From: Candidatus Collierbacteria bacterium
Lineage (GTDB): Bacteria > Patescibacteriota > Microgenomatia > UBA1400 > MFAQ01
NCBI GenBank assembly: GCA_903886255.1
Contig: CAISLM010000033.1
Coordinates: 1 to 54,793 of the forward strand
Length of the DNA stretch: 54,793 nt
Direction: 5' to 3'
The position numbers and the translations under genes were made by a program. The notes beneath the pieces are model-generated. The model had not been told where the DNA came from and made no database searches. It worked only from the letters and a program-made list of their open reading frames with translations. Each line of letters begins with the position of its first letter. The first letter of the stretch is position 1. Positions 28,892 through 38,594 of the stretch are shown here, one piece after another.

Positions 28892-29506
28892 ATGAGAAAC
28901 AAATCAAAATTCTCTCTTATTATCCTTTCCGCCGTTTTCCTTTCTGCTTGTGGTGCCAGTACACCAGGAACCCAGAACCAAGCCGCCCAACCCACCCCTA
29001 CTCCCACCGAAGTCAACCAATCTTTTTCCCTTCGTGACCTTATGGGCATGGGTAAAGACCAAACTTGTACCTTCGCCGTCACTTCCTCCGATGGCAGTAC
29101 CAACACCGCCACTAGCGGCACCATTTATATTTCCGGACAAAAGCTTGCAGAGAATCTTCAAATGACCAGCTCAGATAAAACTGTGGCCGTTAAAAACATG
29201 AATATTATTTCCGATGGCACCTTTGTTTACACCTGGGGTCTCGGGGAAAAACTTCCCGGCATGAAATTCAAACTCGCCGAAATCACTCCCACCGGCACCA
29301 CCGCCGCCCTCACCAACAATCAAGCTCAAGGTGCTGACATGGATAAAAAGATGAGTATGAAATGTTCTCCTTGGACCGCCGATGCCGGTAAATTTATCGT
29401 TCCGACAACTATCAAATTTACTGATATCTCTTCTATCATCGAAAAAGCCAAAGCCAATATTCCTACCATGCCGGCTAATATACCCACCATTCCCTCCGGA
29501 GACTAA
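28892..29506 (+). CDS. Hypothetical lipoprotein
   Basis: Lipobox FLSAC, beta-rich body, CSPW..D..KF.VP. Confidence 0.75.
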   Translation: MRNKSKFSLIILSAVFLSACGASTPGTQNQAAQPTPTPTEVNQSFSLRDLMGMGKDQTCTFAVTSSDGSTNTATSGTIYISGQKLAENLQMTSSDKTVAVKNMNIISDGTFVYTWGLGEKLPGMKFKLAEITPTGTTAALTNNQAQGADMDKKMSMKCSPWTADAGKFIVPTTIKFTDISSIIEKAKANIPTMPANIPTIPSGD

Positions 29507-29508
29507 TC

Positions 29509-30171
29509 ATGGCAGTCAAGCTGGAACCATCGTGGAAAGATTTGCTCAAAGACGAGTTTGATAAACCATATTTCAAAACTCTTTCCGACTTTGTCCACGA
29601 GGAATACAAAATAAGCACCATTTATCCTCCCGCCAAATTTATTTTCAACGCATTAGATAGTTTGCCGGTCGATAAAGTTAAGGTTGTTATCATCGGCCAA
29701 GATCCATATCATGGCCCGGGCCAAGCTCACGGGCTCTCCTTCTCGGTTCCCGACGGAGTTGCCCTCCCTCCTTCACTGCAAAATATTTATAAAGAGCTGA
29801 AAACGGATCTCGGCAAAACAGTTCCCCAATCCGGCAATTTAGACCATTGGGTCAAAGAGGGTATTCTCTTACTAAATGCCACCCTAACAGTCCGGGCTCA
29901 TCAAGCCGGTTCTCATCAGAATAAAGGCTGGGAACAATTCACCGATGCCGTTATTCATCACCTGGCCGACGCGAAAGAAAATCTTGTCTTCATTCTCTGG
30001 GGAAACTACGCCCAAAGAAAAGGTGATTTTATCGATACCAGTAAACACTTGGTCATAAAATCCGCCCACCCCTCACCTTTATCAGCTTACAATGGTTTTT
30101 TTGGCAGCCGCCCCTTTAGTAAAACCAACGAATACTTAGCCGCCCACGGGAAGACTCCCGTCAATTGGTAA
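29509..30171 (+). CDS. ung: Uracil-DNA glycosylase family 1
   Basis: GQDPYH, GLSFS, LLLN, HPSPLS. Confidence 0.98.
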   Translation: MAVKLEPSWKDLLKDEFDKPYFKTLSDFVHEEYKISTIYPPAKFIFNALDSLPVDKVKVVIIGQDPYHGPGQAHGLSFSVPDGVALPPSLQNIYKELKTDLGKTVPQSGNLDHWVKEGILLLNATLTVRAHQAGSHQNKGWEQFTDAVIHHLADAKENLVFILWGNYAQRKGDFIDTSKHLVIKSAHPSPLSAYNGFFGSRPFSKTNEYLAAHGKTPVNW

Positions 30172-30172
30172 C

Positions 30173-30439
30173 ATGCGATTAACTATCGTTGCCAAACCAA
30201 AGAAAAAACAGGAAAAAGTTATTCAAATATCTCCGACGTCGTATTCAGTTTCCGTCAAAGAGCCACCGGTAGAAGGCCGTGCCAACGAGGCCATCATTAA
30301 ATCCCTTGCCAAATACTTTTCTGTTTCTCCTTCTCAGATTAATCTAGTCTCGGGGCATACAGGGAAAATAAAAATCGTCGAAGTTCCTGATTCCTTAGCA
30401 AATTTTGAAACTCTTCCCAAACAAAAACCACTTTTCTGA
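30173..30439 (+). CDS. DUF167/YggU family protein
   Basis: PPVEGRANEA...SGHTGKIK. Confidence 0.9.
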   Translation: MRLTIVAKPKKKQEKVIQISPTSYSVSVKEPPVEGRANEAIIKSLAKYFSVSPSQINLVSGHTGKIKIVEVPDSLANFETLPKQKPLF

Positions 30440-30482
30440 TTCTTTACTGTAACAAAAATAACAAACCTGCTATCATTTAAAC

Positions 30483-30956
30483 ATGACATTAAAAGTTGGC
30501 GACAAAGTTCCGGATATTTCTCTGCCGGATCAGAACGGCAAAGAAAGAAAACTATCCGATTATCAAAAAAAATATTTACTACTGTATTTCTATCCCAAAG
30601 ATTTCACTTTTGGTTGCACCAAAGAGGCCTGTAATTTTCGCGATTCTTTCCACAATTTCAATCCTAACGTTATTACAGTTATTGGTGTTAGTACCGACTC
30701 TGTCGAAAGTCACAAAAAATTTGTTGACGAATATTCGTTACCATTTTCACTACTGGCAGACACGGAAAAAAAGATGGTTCAAGCCTTTGGAGTTTGGCAG
30801 CCCAAAAAAATCTTCGGAAAGGAAATCGTCGGGACTGTTCGTACCTCTTTTCTCATCGACCCCAAAGGAGTGATCGCCAAAGTTTACGAAAGGGTAAACC
30901 CGCTTGCCCACGCCGGTGAGGTGGAAAAAGATCTTCAGTCTCTCGCTAAACTCTAA
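30483..30956 (+). CDS. bcp: Peroxiredoxin BCP/PrxQ
   Basis: YFYPKDFTFGCTKEAC, RTSFLID. Confidence 0.95.
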   Translation: MTLKVGDKVPDISLPDQNGKERKLSDYQKKYLLLYFYPKDFTFGCTKEACNFRDSFHNFNPNVITVIGVSTDSVESHKKFVDEYSLPFSLLADTEKKMVQAFGVWQPKKIFGKEIVGTVRTSFLIDPKGVIAKVYERVNPLAHAGEVEKDLQSLAKL

Positions 30957-31002
30957 ATTGGTATAAAATACCCTTAAATCTTGCACCTTTATAGGAGGAG
31001 TA

Positions 31003-31623
31003 ATGCTCACTCGTGAATATTACGATGAATGGACAGCGGTTGGTGAATTAATCGCCGATGGTGGTTTAATTGGCAGAAGCGATCTTTATGCAATCTACGA
31101 TAACCTTGATATCGGCCATATCAGACCAGACTATTTACCCACTGAAAAAAACGTAAACGGCAAAACTTCCGAACGGAAAATTGCCGACTTCTTAACTGTT
31201 CAGAAACTCTGGGACCATGCTCCAGACGACTGGTTGGTAATTGAACAGACTCGTCTCAAAGAAGCCCGGGAAATAAGTGGCAGCACGGAAACGGGTGGAA
31301 AAGACAGTCTCTACGATGTGGTTTCCACCGAAATATTACTGCGGATTTTTGCTGCGGCCAAACTTGTCACCGAAGATAAATATGACAAGGAAATATCTGA
31401 TGAAGCCATCCGTGCCCTCAACCTCTATCTTTCCGAGGTCTGTGCAAGGGGCCGTACCCGGATGATGATGATTGATGGACAATCGGTTTACAGCAAATTG
31501 AAAAAGGGAGGTCTTTTGATCGGTTCCGGTGGCAGATACTTACCCAACCCGAAACGGGGCTTACCCTTCCTGCTGGTTCTCCTAAATAAAGAGTCGGTTA
31601 ACCCCGACGCCTATCAGAAATAA
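31003..31623 (+). CDS. Hypothetical protein (orphan unit E)
   Basis: SD AGGAGGAG; own terminator downstream. Confidence 0.75.
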   Translation: MLTREYYDEWTAVGELIADGGLIGRSDLYAIYDNLDIGHIRPDYLPTEKNVNGKTSERKIADFLTVQKLWDHAPDDWLVIEQTRLKEAREISGSTETGGKDSLYDVVSTEILLRIFAAAKLVTEDKYDKEISDEAIRALNLYLSEVCARGRTRMMMIDGQSVYSKLKKGGLLIGSGGRYLPNPKRGLPFLLVLLNKESVNPDAYQK

Positions 31624-31632
31624 ATTTTTCCC

Positions 31633-31658
31633 AACCCACTCAATTGAGTGGGTTTTTT
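31633..31658 (+). terminator. Intrinsic terminator
   Basis: AACCCACTC-AATT-GAGTGGGTT plus T tract, between convergent genes. Confidence 0.8.
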
Positions 31659-31908
31659 ATTTTCTTCTGTTTGCCTCTTGTATCGTTTTAATTGACCAAA
31701 GCAGGTCGTGAGGTTCCCCGAATAGTTTCCTGTTTAATTTTTTCCAGCCGCTTTCGGGCATTTTTTTCGATCCGAGTGACAATTTTCCATCAATTCTTTG
31801 TGTGTAATAAACGACACCTTCCTCGTCATTTCTCATAAACCAGCCAATATAATTGCAATCTTTGCAGCCAAATCCTTCACAGTTTTGACATTGTATTGGT
31901 GTAATCAT
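31657..31908 (-). CDS. Small DnaJ-type zinc-finger protein
   Basis: MITPIQCQNCEGFGCKDCNYIGW; ATGA overlap with the Clp stop codon. Confidence 0.7.
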   Translation of the reverse strand: MITPIQCQNCEGFGCKDCNYIGWFMRNDEEGVVYYTQRIDGKLSLGSKKMPESGWKKLNRKLFGEPHDLLWSIKTIQEANRRK

Positions 31909-34046
31909 GTTATTTTTATACCGGCTGGGCTCCAATTAATAGTTTGCCCCGAAGCAACTTGGTTTCTAATTATCATTTCCGATATAGGGGTTTCAATCGC
32001 CTCCTTTATTGCTCTTTCAATCGACCTTGCCCCAAACTTTTGATCGGCATTATTTTTAACAAAAGTATCCATATCATTTTCGGCGATTTCCAACTTTATT
32101 CCCTTATCCGTCAAAACGTGTTCCAAATTTCCGAGTTTGAGTCTGGCAATCTTTTTAAATGGTTCTAGGCTTAATGGATTGAAAATAATTATTTCATCAA
32201 ACCGGTTGATCATCTCAATCCGGAAATAATTTTTTATCAGCGGTAAAATCGTTTGCTGATACAGAATTTGTTTATCAATAGCCGGGTCTTTAGTCACCGC
32301 AGCGAAGATTTCTTCGGCTCCGATATTACTGGTAAATATTAATATTGTATTTTTAAAATCCACTAAATTCCCCTTTGAATCCGTTAACCTTCCTTCATCA
32401 AGTATTTGTAGAAAAATATCAAAAACTTTCGGGTGAGCCTTCTCAATTTCATCAAATAATACCAAACAATAAGGTTTCTTTAATACTGCATTTGTTAGCT
32501 GGCCTCCCTCATCATAGCCGACGTATCCCGGGGGTGAACCGATAAGCCGCATGACAGTATTTGGTTCTGAAAATTCAGACATATCCAAGCGGATAAATGC
32601 TTTTTCGTCACCAAAATATTTGCTCCCCAGTGTTTTTGCCAATTCCGTTTTTCCCACACCGGTGGGACCAAGAAATAAAAATGATCCAATCGGTTTTTTT
32701 GGGTCCTTTAGACCTGAACGGGAGCGCCTTATTGCTTGCGATATCAGTTTGATTGCTTCATCTTGACCAATTACTTTTTCGGATAGAACTTGCTCCAGAT
32801 TACTCAAAACATCCTTCTCCGACTCTGTTAATTTAGCAAGCGGTAAATTTGTTTTTTGGGCTATCACATCCATGAGGATGTCTTCCGATATGGCCGATTT
32901 ACCACTAATTCTCGCTTGTGCAGCCAGTTCGGAAATTAGTCCAATTGCTTTTTCCGGGAAAGCTATGCCCGGCAAATATCTTTTTGACATTTCATAAATC
33001 TTTTCTCCCAGTCCTTGTTCGTTTCCAATTTTCTCCGACTCACTCAGCTGTTTCAGTTTGAAATCGATGACCTTTAAAATCGTCGATTTGTCCATCTCAT
33101 CAATTGAAATTTTATTCAATCGTTGTAATTCCGGGCGGTTTTCCAAAAATGTTTTATAAAAAGAATCTTCAGTCAAGATGATAGTTTTTACTTCTGTTTG
33201 ACTTCGAATTGTCTCTATTAAATCCAGTGCCACTTTCCAATCGGATTCAAAAAATTCAATCCCTTTTATAATTAATATCACCGGTTCGTTTGCCTGAATT
33301 TCTTCGATACTTGACTGCACCACAGCATCAATTTTTTCATTTGACCCCACCAAAGATGAAAGTTCCATTTTATAAACACTCGTAAACCGGAAGTCGGGAA
33401 TATTTGTTCTCAAAGTCTTTAACGCGTTCATAACCGAGGCAAATGCATCGACTCCTCTTCTGGCCAAAATAATCAAACCGGTCGATTCTTTTACCGACAA
33501 TCCCCGGATAATCTGTTCGTAATAAACATCAAAAAAACGATTATATCCGTCCTCATCTATCGGTCGCTCAAGAACTCCGGATAAGTCGGACGATATCTTG
33601 GATTTTCTTTTAATAAAAATCAAATCGGCGCATTTGCCCCAACCGGGATTTGCCTTAATAAGATTTACAATTCTTGGCATAGAAATTCCCGCCATTAAAA
33701 TATCCTCCGGCTCCGTCAACTGACCCACTTTCTTCATAAATGCATTTATGATCATTATTTTTGCCTCCGGAGCCAAAAAAATCATATCAGTGAAATCCTT
33801 CTTATACCCATGGCTCAATTCGCCGGAATATTTTTTGCCAAATTCAAAATCGGAATCACTAATGTTACTTGAATATTCACTTGAAAGAAACGCTTGAAGG
33901 AATATATCTACTTCGGAGATAACGGATTGTTTTTGTCCTTTACAATACTCGACCGATTTTTCTATAACACTCAAGACCTTATCACTTAGCAAAGGAGAAA
34001 TATCTTTTGACACGCCCGTTTGCGGCATCGAATTATTACTATCCAT
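31905..34046 (-). CDS. Clp/Hsp100 AAA+ ATPase with degenerate NBD1 and intact NBD2
   Basis: NBD2 has GQDEA, GPTGVGKT, RLDMSE, PPGYVGY, LFDEIEKAH, GRLTD, GAR. NBD1 Walker motifs are eroded. Confidence 0.9.
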   Translation of the reverse strand: MDSNNSMPQTGVSKDISPLLSDKVLSVIEKSVEYCKGQKQSVISEVDIFLQAFLSSEYSSNISDSDFEFGKKYSGELSHGYKKDFTDMIFLAPEAKIMIINAFMKKVGQLTEPEDILMAGISMPRIVNLIKANPGWGKCADLIFIKRKSKISSDLSGVLERPIDEDGYNRFFDVYYEQIIRGLSVKESTGLIILARRGVDAFASVMNALKTLRTNIPDFRFTSVYKMELSSLVGSNEKIDAVVQSSIEEIQANEPVILIIKGIEFFESDWKVALDLIETIRSQTEVKTIILTEDSFYKTFLENRPELQRLNKISIDEMDKSTILKVIDFKLKQLSESEKIGNEQGLGEKIYEMSKRYLPGIAFPEKAIGLISELAAQARISGKSAISEDILMDVIAQKTNLPLAKLTESEKDVLSNLEQVLSEKVIGQDEAIKLISQAIRRSRSGLKDPKKPIGSFLFLGPTGVGKTELAKTLGSKYFGDEKAFIRLDMSEFSEPNTVMRLIGSPPGYVGYDEGGQLTNAVLKKPYCLVLFDEIEKAHPKVFDIFLQILDEGRLTDSKGNLVDFKNTILIFTSNIGAEEIFAAVTKDPAIDKQILYQQTILPLIKNYFRIEMINRFDEIIIFNPLSLEPFKKIARLKLGNLEHVLTDKGIKLEIAENDMDTFVKNNADQKFGARSIERAIKEAIETPISEMIIRNQVASGQTINWSPAGIKIT

Positions 34047-34314
34047 TTTTGAAAAATACGGCGATTAATGTTACAACCCCCAAAAACAAAATAAAAAACA
34101 TAGAAACATACAAAATCACATTTCTTTTGATCATTTTTCTCCTGGCGAAGTCAACAAAACCGGGCAATCTTAAATAATTCTCTGTATTACTCTTAATAAT
34201 TTTTATTCCAATCCCATTGCATTTATCACATTTGTTGGCTGAATATAAAGGTGAGACTCCCCATCCGCCGCAAACAGGACAATATATGGTGTTTTTTGAT
34301 TGGGCAGACTCCAT
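34039..34314 (-). CDS. Small DnaJ-type zinc-finger membrane protein
   Basis: CPVCGGWG...CDKCNGIG plus a C-terminal TM helix; 8-bp overlap with the Clp start. Confidence 0.75.
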   Translation of the reverse strand: MESAQSKNTIYCPVCGGWGVSPLYSANKCDKCNGIGIKIIKSNTENYLRLPGFVDFARRKMIKRNVILYVSMFFILFLGVVTLIAVFFKNG

Positions 34315-34363
34315 ATAGTAATAATAAACTATAAAGCCGTCAAAATATTACTTTCTGCGTAGT

Positions 34364-35188
34364 TTATAGCCAGCGGAAATATCCACCGGGAAACTGAACC
34401 AATTTTCCTCCAAACCGCCTCTTGAATTCTGTGAATCCGACCCATCTTTTTTGAGGCCATCGAGGGTCAAACACACCCTCAAAGTCAAAAAATTTTAAGC
34501 CTCTATTTTTTGCCCGTAACATTTCTTCCCAAACTAGTTTGTAATGCGCTCCGGATTTTCTGCCCGCCTCACTTGTCCAGGTCATATAGTAATTGGCTTC
34601 GTCTTTTGAATCGATTACCATCAATCCTGATTGGTACTCGTCACCAATCCTGCTCATAGTCAATCTCACTTTATTTTTTCCAAAACTTTTAATTAAATTT
34701 TCCACTTCGGCAGGATTCATTATCCAGATCTTCGATGATTTTTTCCAATACTTACAAAATTTTTCTGGTTCAACCTCTTCGATGATTACGTCTTTATTTT
34801 TCTTTATTAATCTTTTTGCGTTTTCCGATAAATCGTCCCAAAGTTCCTTTTCTGTTTTTGTTAGGTCATTTATATATGTGCTGACTGCCAAATAAGGAAA
34901 ATTTGTTAAGCGATATCCGGCTCTTCTAAATACATCAGGATCTTGAACTCTCTGCGGCTCAATAATCGAGTTGGCCACCCAATGCTTTCTCTTTAATCTC
35001 TTTAATTCATTAAAGTCAGGATCATAATTAGACCGCTGTATCTTCATCATGGTAAAAGGCCACCAACCTAGCCGTAAAATAAATACCTGCATTGAATGTC
35101 TGCCATCGGAAGCGCCAACTCTAATCGTTTCCCAGCTACGATGTTTCAAGTGCCCGCCCCAACCCTTTGATTGCCGGATATCTTCCAT
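34364..35188 (-). CDS. FemABX-family peptidoglycan aminoacyltransferase
   Basis: DIRQS..W, DL......LWDDLSENAKRLIKK, FDFEG, GFTEFKRRFGG. Confidence 0.88.
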   Translation of the reverse strand: MEDIRQSKGWGGHLKHRSWETIRVGASDGRHSMQVFILRLGWWPFTMMKIQRSNYDPDFNELKRLKRKHWVANSIIEPQRVQDPDVFRRAGYRLTNFPYLAVSTYINDLTKTEKELWDDLSENAKRLIKKNKDVIIEEVEPEKFCKYWKKSSKIWIMNPAEVENLIKSFGKNKVRLTMSRIGDEYQSGLMVIDSKDEANYYMTWTSEAGRKSGAHYKLVWEEMLRAKNRGLKFFDFEGVFDPRWPQKRWVGFTEFKRRFGGKLVQFPGGYFRWL

Positions 35189-36207
35189 TATTTTCGAAGT
35201 CGCGCCAATAATTTCAGTCCGAACCAGCGCACTTTATCCGACAGGCCATAAAGTTTATAGAGAGTCGGATTCACTACCAAGTCAAAGCTCCCCAAAAATT
35301 CTACCAACTCTGCACCATAACCTTGTTTAAATTTGTGGAATCCATACCAAGGATCGGCAGTATCGGGATCCGGTCCCAAACTTCCCCACATGTCAAACAA
35401 TTTGCAACCCTGTTTTTTTCCATATCTGATTACCTCCCACATCATCAAGTTACTCGCCATCACCTCGCGGTTTTCATTACCGGAAGCGCCATAGGGGTAA
35501 TAAATAGTATCGTTTAATATAAACACCATCCACGCAGTTAAGGTTTTTTCTTCATAGACTGCTTTAAACAGGTGGCCCATTCCCGACTCGGTCATCGTCT
35601 GCCACATTTTTTGATGATATTCCTTAGTATGAGCAAAGAACCCCTGTCTTTTCGTCGTTTCTTCCATTAGCTTCCAATAGTCCTCAAAACCTTTTAACGT
35701 ATTATCCTCAATTATTTCCACACCTTTTTTCTCCGCCAGACGCAGATTGTATCGGGTCTTCTGATGCATATTTTTCAAAAGATCTTCTTCGGTTTTGGAA
35801 ATATCCAGCTGAAAAGTGTACTTGGTAAACAGAGGTTTACCCTTTACCCAATTAAAGTTACTGGCAAGTGATGAAATTTCCTTTTCTGTTTCCGGATTTA
35901 TCTTTTCATTTGGTTCAAATTTTACAAATATCGCTCCTCTCTTTTGGGCCTCTTTGAAAATAGCCTCGACTTCTTCTTTATCTGGGACAGAAGATTTTGG
36001 GCAATATCCGATCCGGAAATTTGTATGAGGAATTTTATGCCAGGTGATCTGGAAAACCGTTTTTATTTTTCCGTTTTCTCTATTTGTTAGCCGGCTAAGG
36101 CCGACCCCTGTTTTTTTGCGGAACTCACCCCACTCCCAGGATTGCAGTGGATGACGGGCTGCTTTGTCAAAAGTTTGCTTATCTTTTTCCGTAAATTCAT
36201 TAATCAC
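35188..36207 (-). CDS. FemABX-family peptidoglycan aminoacyltransferase
   Basis: HPLQSWEWGEF, KTRYNLRLAEKKGV, YPYGAS, GFHKFKQGYG. Confidence 0.93.
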   Translation of the reverse strand: MINEFTEKDKQTFDKAARHPLQSWEWGEFRKKTGVGLSRLTNRENGKIKTVFQITWHKIPHTNFRIGYCPKSSVPDKEEVEAIFKEAQKRGAIFVKFEPNEKINPETEKEISSLASNFNWVKGKPLFTKYTFQLDISKTEEDLLKNMHQKTRYNLRLAEKKGVEIIEDNTLKGFEDYWKLMEETTKRQGFFAHTKEYHQKMWQTMTESGMGHLFKAVYEEKTLTAWMVFILNDTIYYPYGASGNENREVMASNLMMWEVIRYGKKQGCKLFDMWGSLGPDPDTADPWYGFHKFKQGYGAELVEFLGSFDLVVNPTLYKLYGLSDKVRWFGLKLLARLRK

Positions 36208-36246
36208 CCTTACATTTTATCCTGTTTTAACCACAATAGGCATCAA

Positions 36247-36275
36247 TTGCTCCCCACAGGCTTATAACGTATAAT
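36247..36275 (+). promoter_or_regulatory. Sigma70-type promoter of orphan unit D
   Basis: TTGCTC-N17-TATAAT. Confidence 0.6.
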
Positions 36276-36313
36276 TCCTCAAAGTTTACCTTAAAATTTT
36301 ATAAGGAGAAGCC

Positions 36314-36616
36314 ATGATTACCCTTGGAGAAAAAGGAAAAGTTAAAGGGGAGGAATATCTGGTTCCTCTCGACGATCAAACTTATGCCCACCCGGAAAGT
36401 TTTGGCAAGCCAACATATTTCCCGATACTGAAACCTAAACAGTCGCTCGTGTGTGCCTTTCACCGCTTTGTAAAAGTTGATCTCTTTATCTGCGAAACCA
36501 TTGGTGATGTTCACTTGCTCTGGTATCTTCTCTACGATCGAGGTGCCGGCGAAAAACTCGAATGGTTCACCGGTTTCATTGAAAAAGGCATATTTTTTCC
36601 ACCATCCCGACCCTAA
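36314..36616 (+). CDS. Hypothetical protein (orphan unit D)
   Basis: SD AAGGAG; own promoter and terminator. Confidence 0.7.
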   Translation: MITLGEKGKVKGEEYLVPLDDQTYAHPESFGKPTYFPILKPKQSLVCAFHRFVKVDLFICETIGDVHLLWYLLYDRGAGEKLEWFTGFIEKGIFFPPSRP

Positions 36617-36632
36617 CCGGTCGGGTTTTTTC
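36606..36632 (+). terminator. Intrinsic terminator
   Basis: CCCGACC-CTAACC-GGTCGGG followed by T7. Confidence 0.75.
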
Positions 36633-38548
36633 TACCAATTATCAATCTCGGCAAAATCATCTTTTGTCTCCTCGGCAATTTCCCAATCCTGGACAATTCT
36701 CCTTTTTTTCTCGCCGAACTCATCCAAACCGAGAGAAGGAGAAGACATTTTCCTTTCCACTTCCCGGACACCCCCAACTTTCTTTAATAAATTCTCAGGA
36801 ATTTCAGACAAAAATCTTGACGGAATCGAACCATGCCGACCCCCAAAAACCAAACGGCTTCTGGCCCATGATAATGTTAATCTTTTCTTTGCCCTGGTCA
36901 TCGCCACATACATCAGCCGGCGTTCTTCCTCGATTTCCTCTTTTTCTCCCGAAAGCATAGACCGGGAATGGGGGAACAGTCCCTCTTCCAAACCCACTAC
37001 AAATACATTTTCAAATTCCAGCCCTTTTGCCGCATGAACCGTCATCAGTGTAATTTTTGCATTTGATCTGTGCTGCTTTATTTCCGACTCGGACAAGGCC
37101 GCACTTTCCAAAAACTTTTCGATATCCGGATAATCCGACGCCACAGCTAAAAGTTCATTTATATTTTCAATTCTCGCCACATCATCCTCGTCCCGCTCAT
37201 CGAATCTCTCCAAAAATCCTACCGCATTGATTATTTCTTCCAAAAGCTGACCGGGATTCCCTTGACCTTGCTTTTTCGATAATTTCTCCAGCCATTTGTA
37301 AAAAACCTCCGCCCGTCTTTTGCCCAACTTCTCTATTCTGGCCCTGCTAATTTCTTCTTCGGGATTATTTACAATTCGCAGATAAGCAATCAGGTCTTTA
37401 ATTTCCGCCCGGTTGTAGAAGCGCAAACCCCCAACTAATTTATAAGGAATATCCCGCCGCATCAGCTCATCTTCAAAAGCGCGTGATTGGGCATTTGTTC
37501 GATAAAGAACGGCCACTTGTGCACCTTCATCAGATAGTTTTCTGCTTTGCTCCACGACATATTTTGCCTCATCTCGTTCATCCATTGCCTCAAAAAAATC
37601 TACTCGTTCACCAGTTCCTTCCGTAGTTTCCAGATGTAATGTCGGATGAGTTGTATTGTGGCTAATGACTCCATATGCCGTATCCAAAATATTTTGAGTA
37701 CTCCGATAGTTCATCGGCAAGCTAACAGTGGCTGCTTTTGGATATTCATTTTTAAACAAAACCAAATTTCGGTAATCGGCCCCCCTGAAGGAATAAATCG
37801 CTTGGGCCGCATCTCCCACAGCCGTAATATTTTGCTTTTCACCTGCCAGCAGTTTTGTTAGCTCGAACTGCGCCCTATTCGTATCCTGATATTCGTCCAC
37901 GAGTATCCATTCCAGCTTGTTGTTTACTTCGTCTCTAACTCGGTCAATCTTCAAAAGCGCCACAGCCTTTACCAGCAAGTCATCAAAATCAACTGCGTTA
38001 TTTTTTTTCAATTTATCCTGGTATGCTTTCCAAACTTTTACAACTGTCCTCCGGAAATAATCTCCCGCTGCCGCCTCTGCTTCTGAAATGCTTACCAAAT
38101 CATTTTTCATTTTACTGATGACAGCCAGGAACATCGCCGGCTTGTGTTCTTTTGGATCGATATCCAGCTCTTTGAGCACTCTTTTCATAGCCGCCTCCGA
38201 ATCATCGCTATCAAAGATCACATAATTTGGCTCTACGGCTACATTTGTTCCATATTCCCTCAGCAGTCTCGCACAAAATGTATGAAACGTTCCCGCAAAA
38301 CCCAGAGTCCCCGTTTTTTCACCAATTTTTTTTACCCTTTCCCTCATTTCTTCGGCCGCCTTGTTTGTAAAAGTCAGTAAGGCAATCTTTCCCGGGTCGA
38401 CCTTCATATCCTGAATTAAATAGGCTGTCCTATATGTTAGTACCCTGGTTTTTCCCGATCCTGCCCCGGCCAAAATCAAAAGTGGGCCGCCTCCATAGGT
38501 AACGGCTTCTTTCTGCTCTTGGTTTAATTCTTCTAGATAGTTGCTCAT
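36632..38548 (-). CDS. pcrA: ATP-dependent DNA helicase PcrA/UvrD
   Basis: AGAGSGKT, VDEYQDTN, YRSTQNIL, LYRTNAQSR, HAAKGLEF, YVAMTRA; start taken at MSNYLEEL. Confidence 0.95.
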   Translation of the reverse strand: MSNYLEELNQEQKEAVTYGGGPLLILAGAGSGKTRVLTYRTAYLIQDMKVDPGKIALLTFTNKAAEEMRERVKKIGEKTGTLGFAGTFHTFCARLLREYGTNVAVEPNYVIFDSDDSEAAMKRVLKELDIDPKEHKPAMFLAVISKMKNDLVSISEAEAAAGDYFRRTVVKVWKAYQDKLKKNNAVDFDDLLVKAVALLKIDRVRDEVNNKLEWILVDEYQDTNRAQFELTKLLAGEKQNITAVGDAAQAIYSFRGADYRNLVLFKNEYPKAATVSLPMNYRSTQNILDTAYGVISHNTTHPTLHLETTEGTGERVDFFEAMDERDEAKYVVEQSRKLSDEGAQVAVLYRTNAQSRAFEDELMRRDIPYKLVGGLRFYNRAEIKDLIAYLRIVNNPEEEISRARIEKLGKRRAEVFYKWLEKLSKKQGQGNPGQLLEEIINAVGFLERFDERDEDDVARIENINELLAVASDYPDIEKFLESAALSESEIKQHRSNAKITLMTVHAAKGLEFENVFVVGLEEGLFPHSRSMLSGEKEEIEEERRLMYVAMTRAKKRLTLSWARSRLVFGGRHGSIPSRFLSEIPENLLKKVGGVREVERKMSSPSLGLDEFGEKKRRIVQDWEIAEETKDDFAEIDNW

Positions 38549-38594
38549 GCCAATAATATTGTAGTTGAAACTTGGCATATAATTAACTCAAACC

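Noticed and set aside
15124-31650. Integron, prophage or IS explanation for the accessory stretch
   Set aside because: No integrase, transposase, attC-like repeats or phage structural genes were recognised, and gene orientations are mixed.
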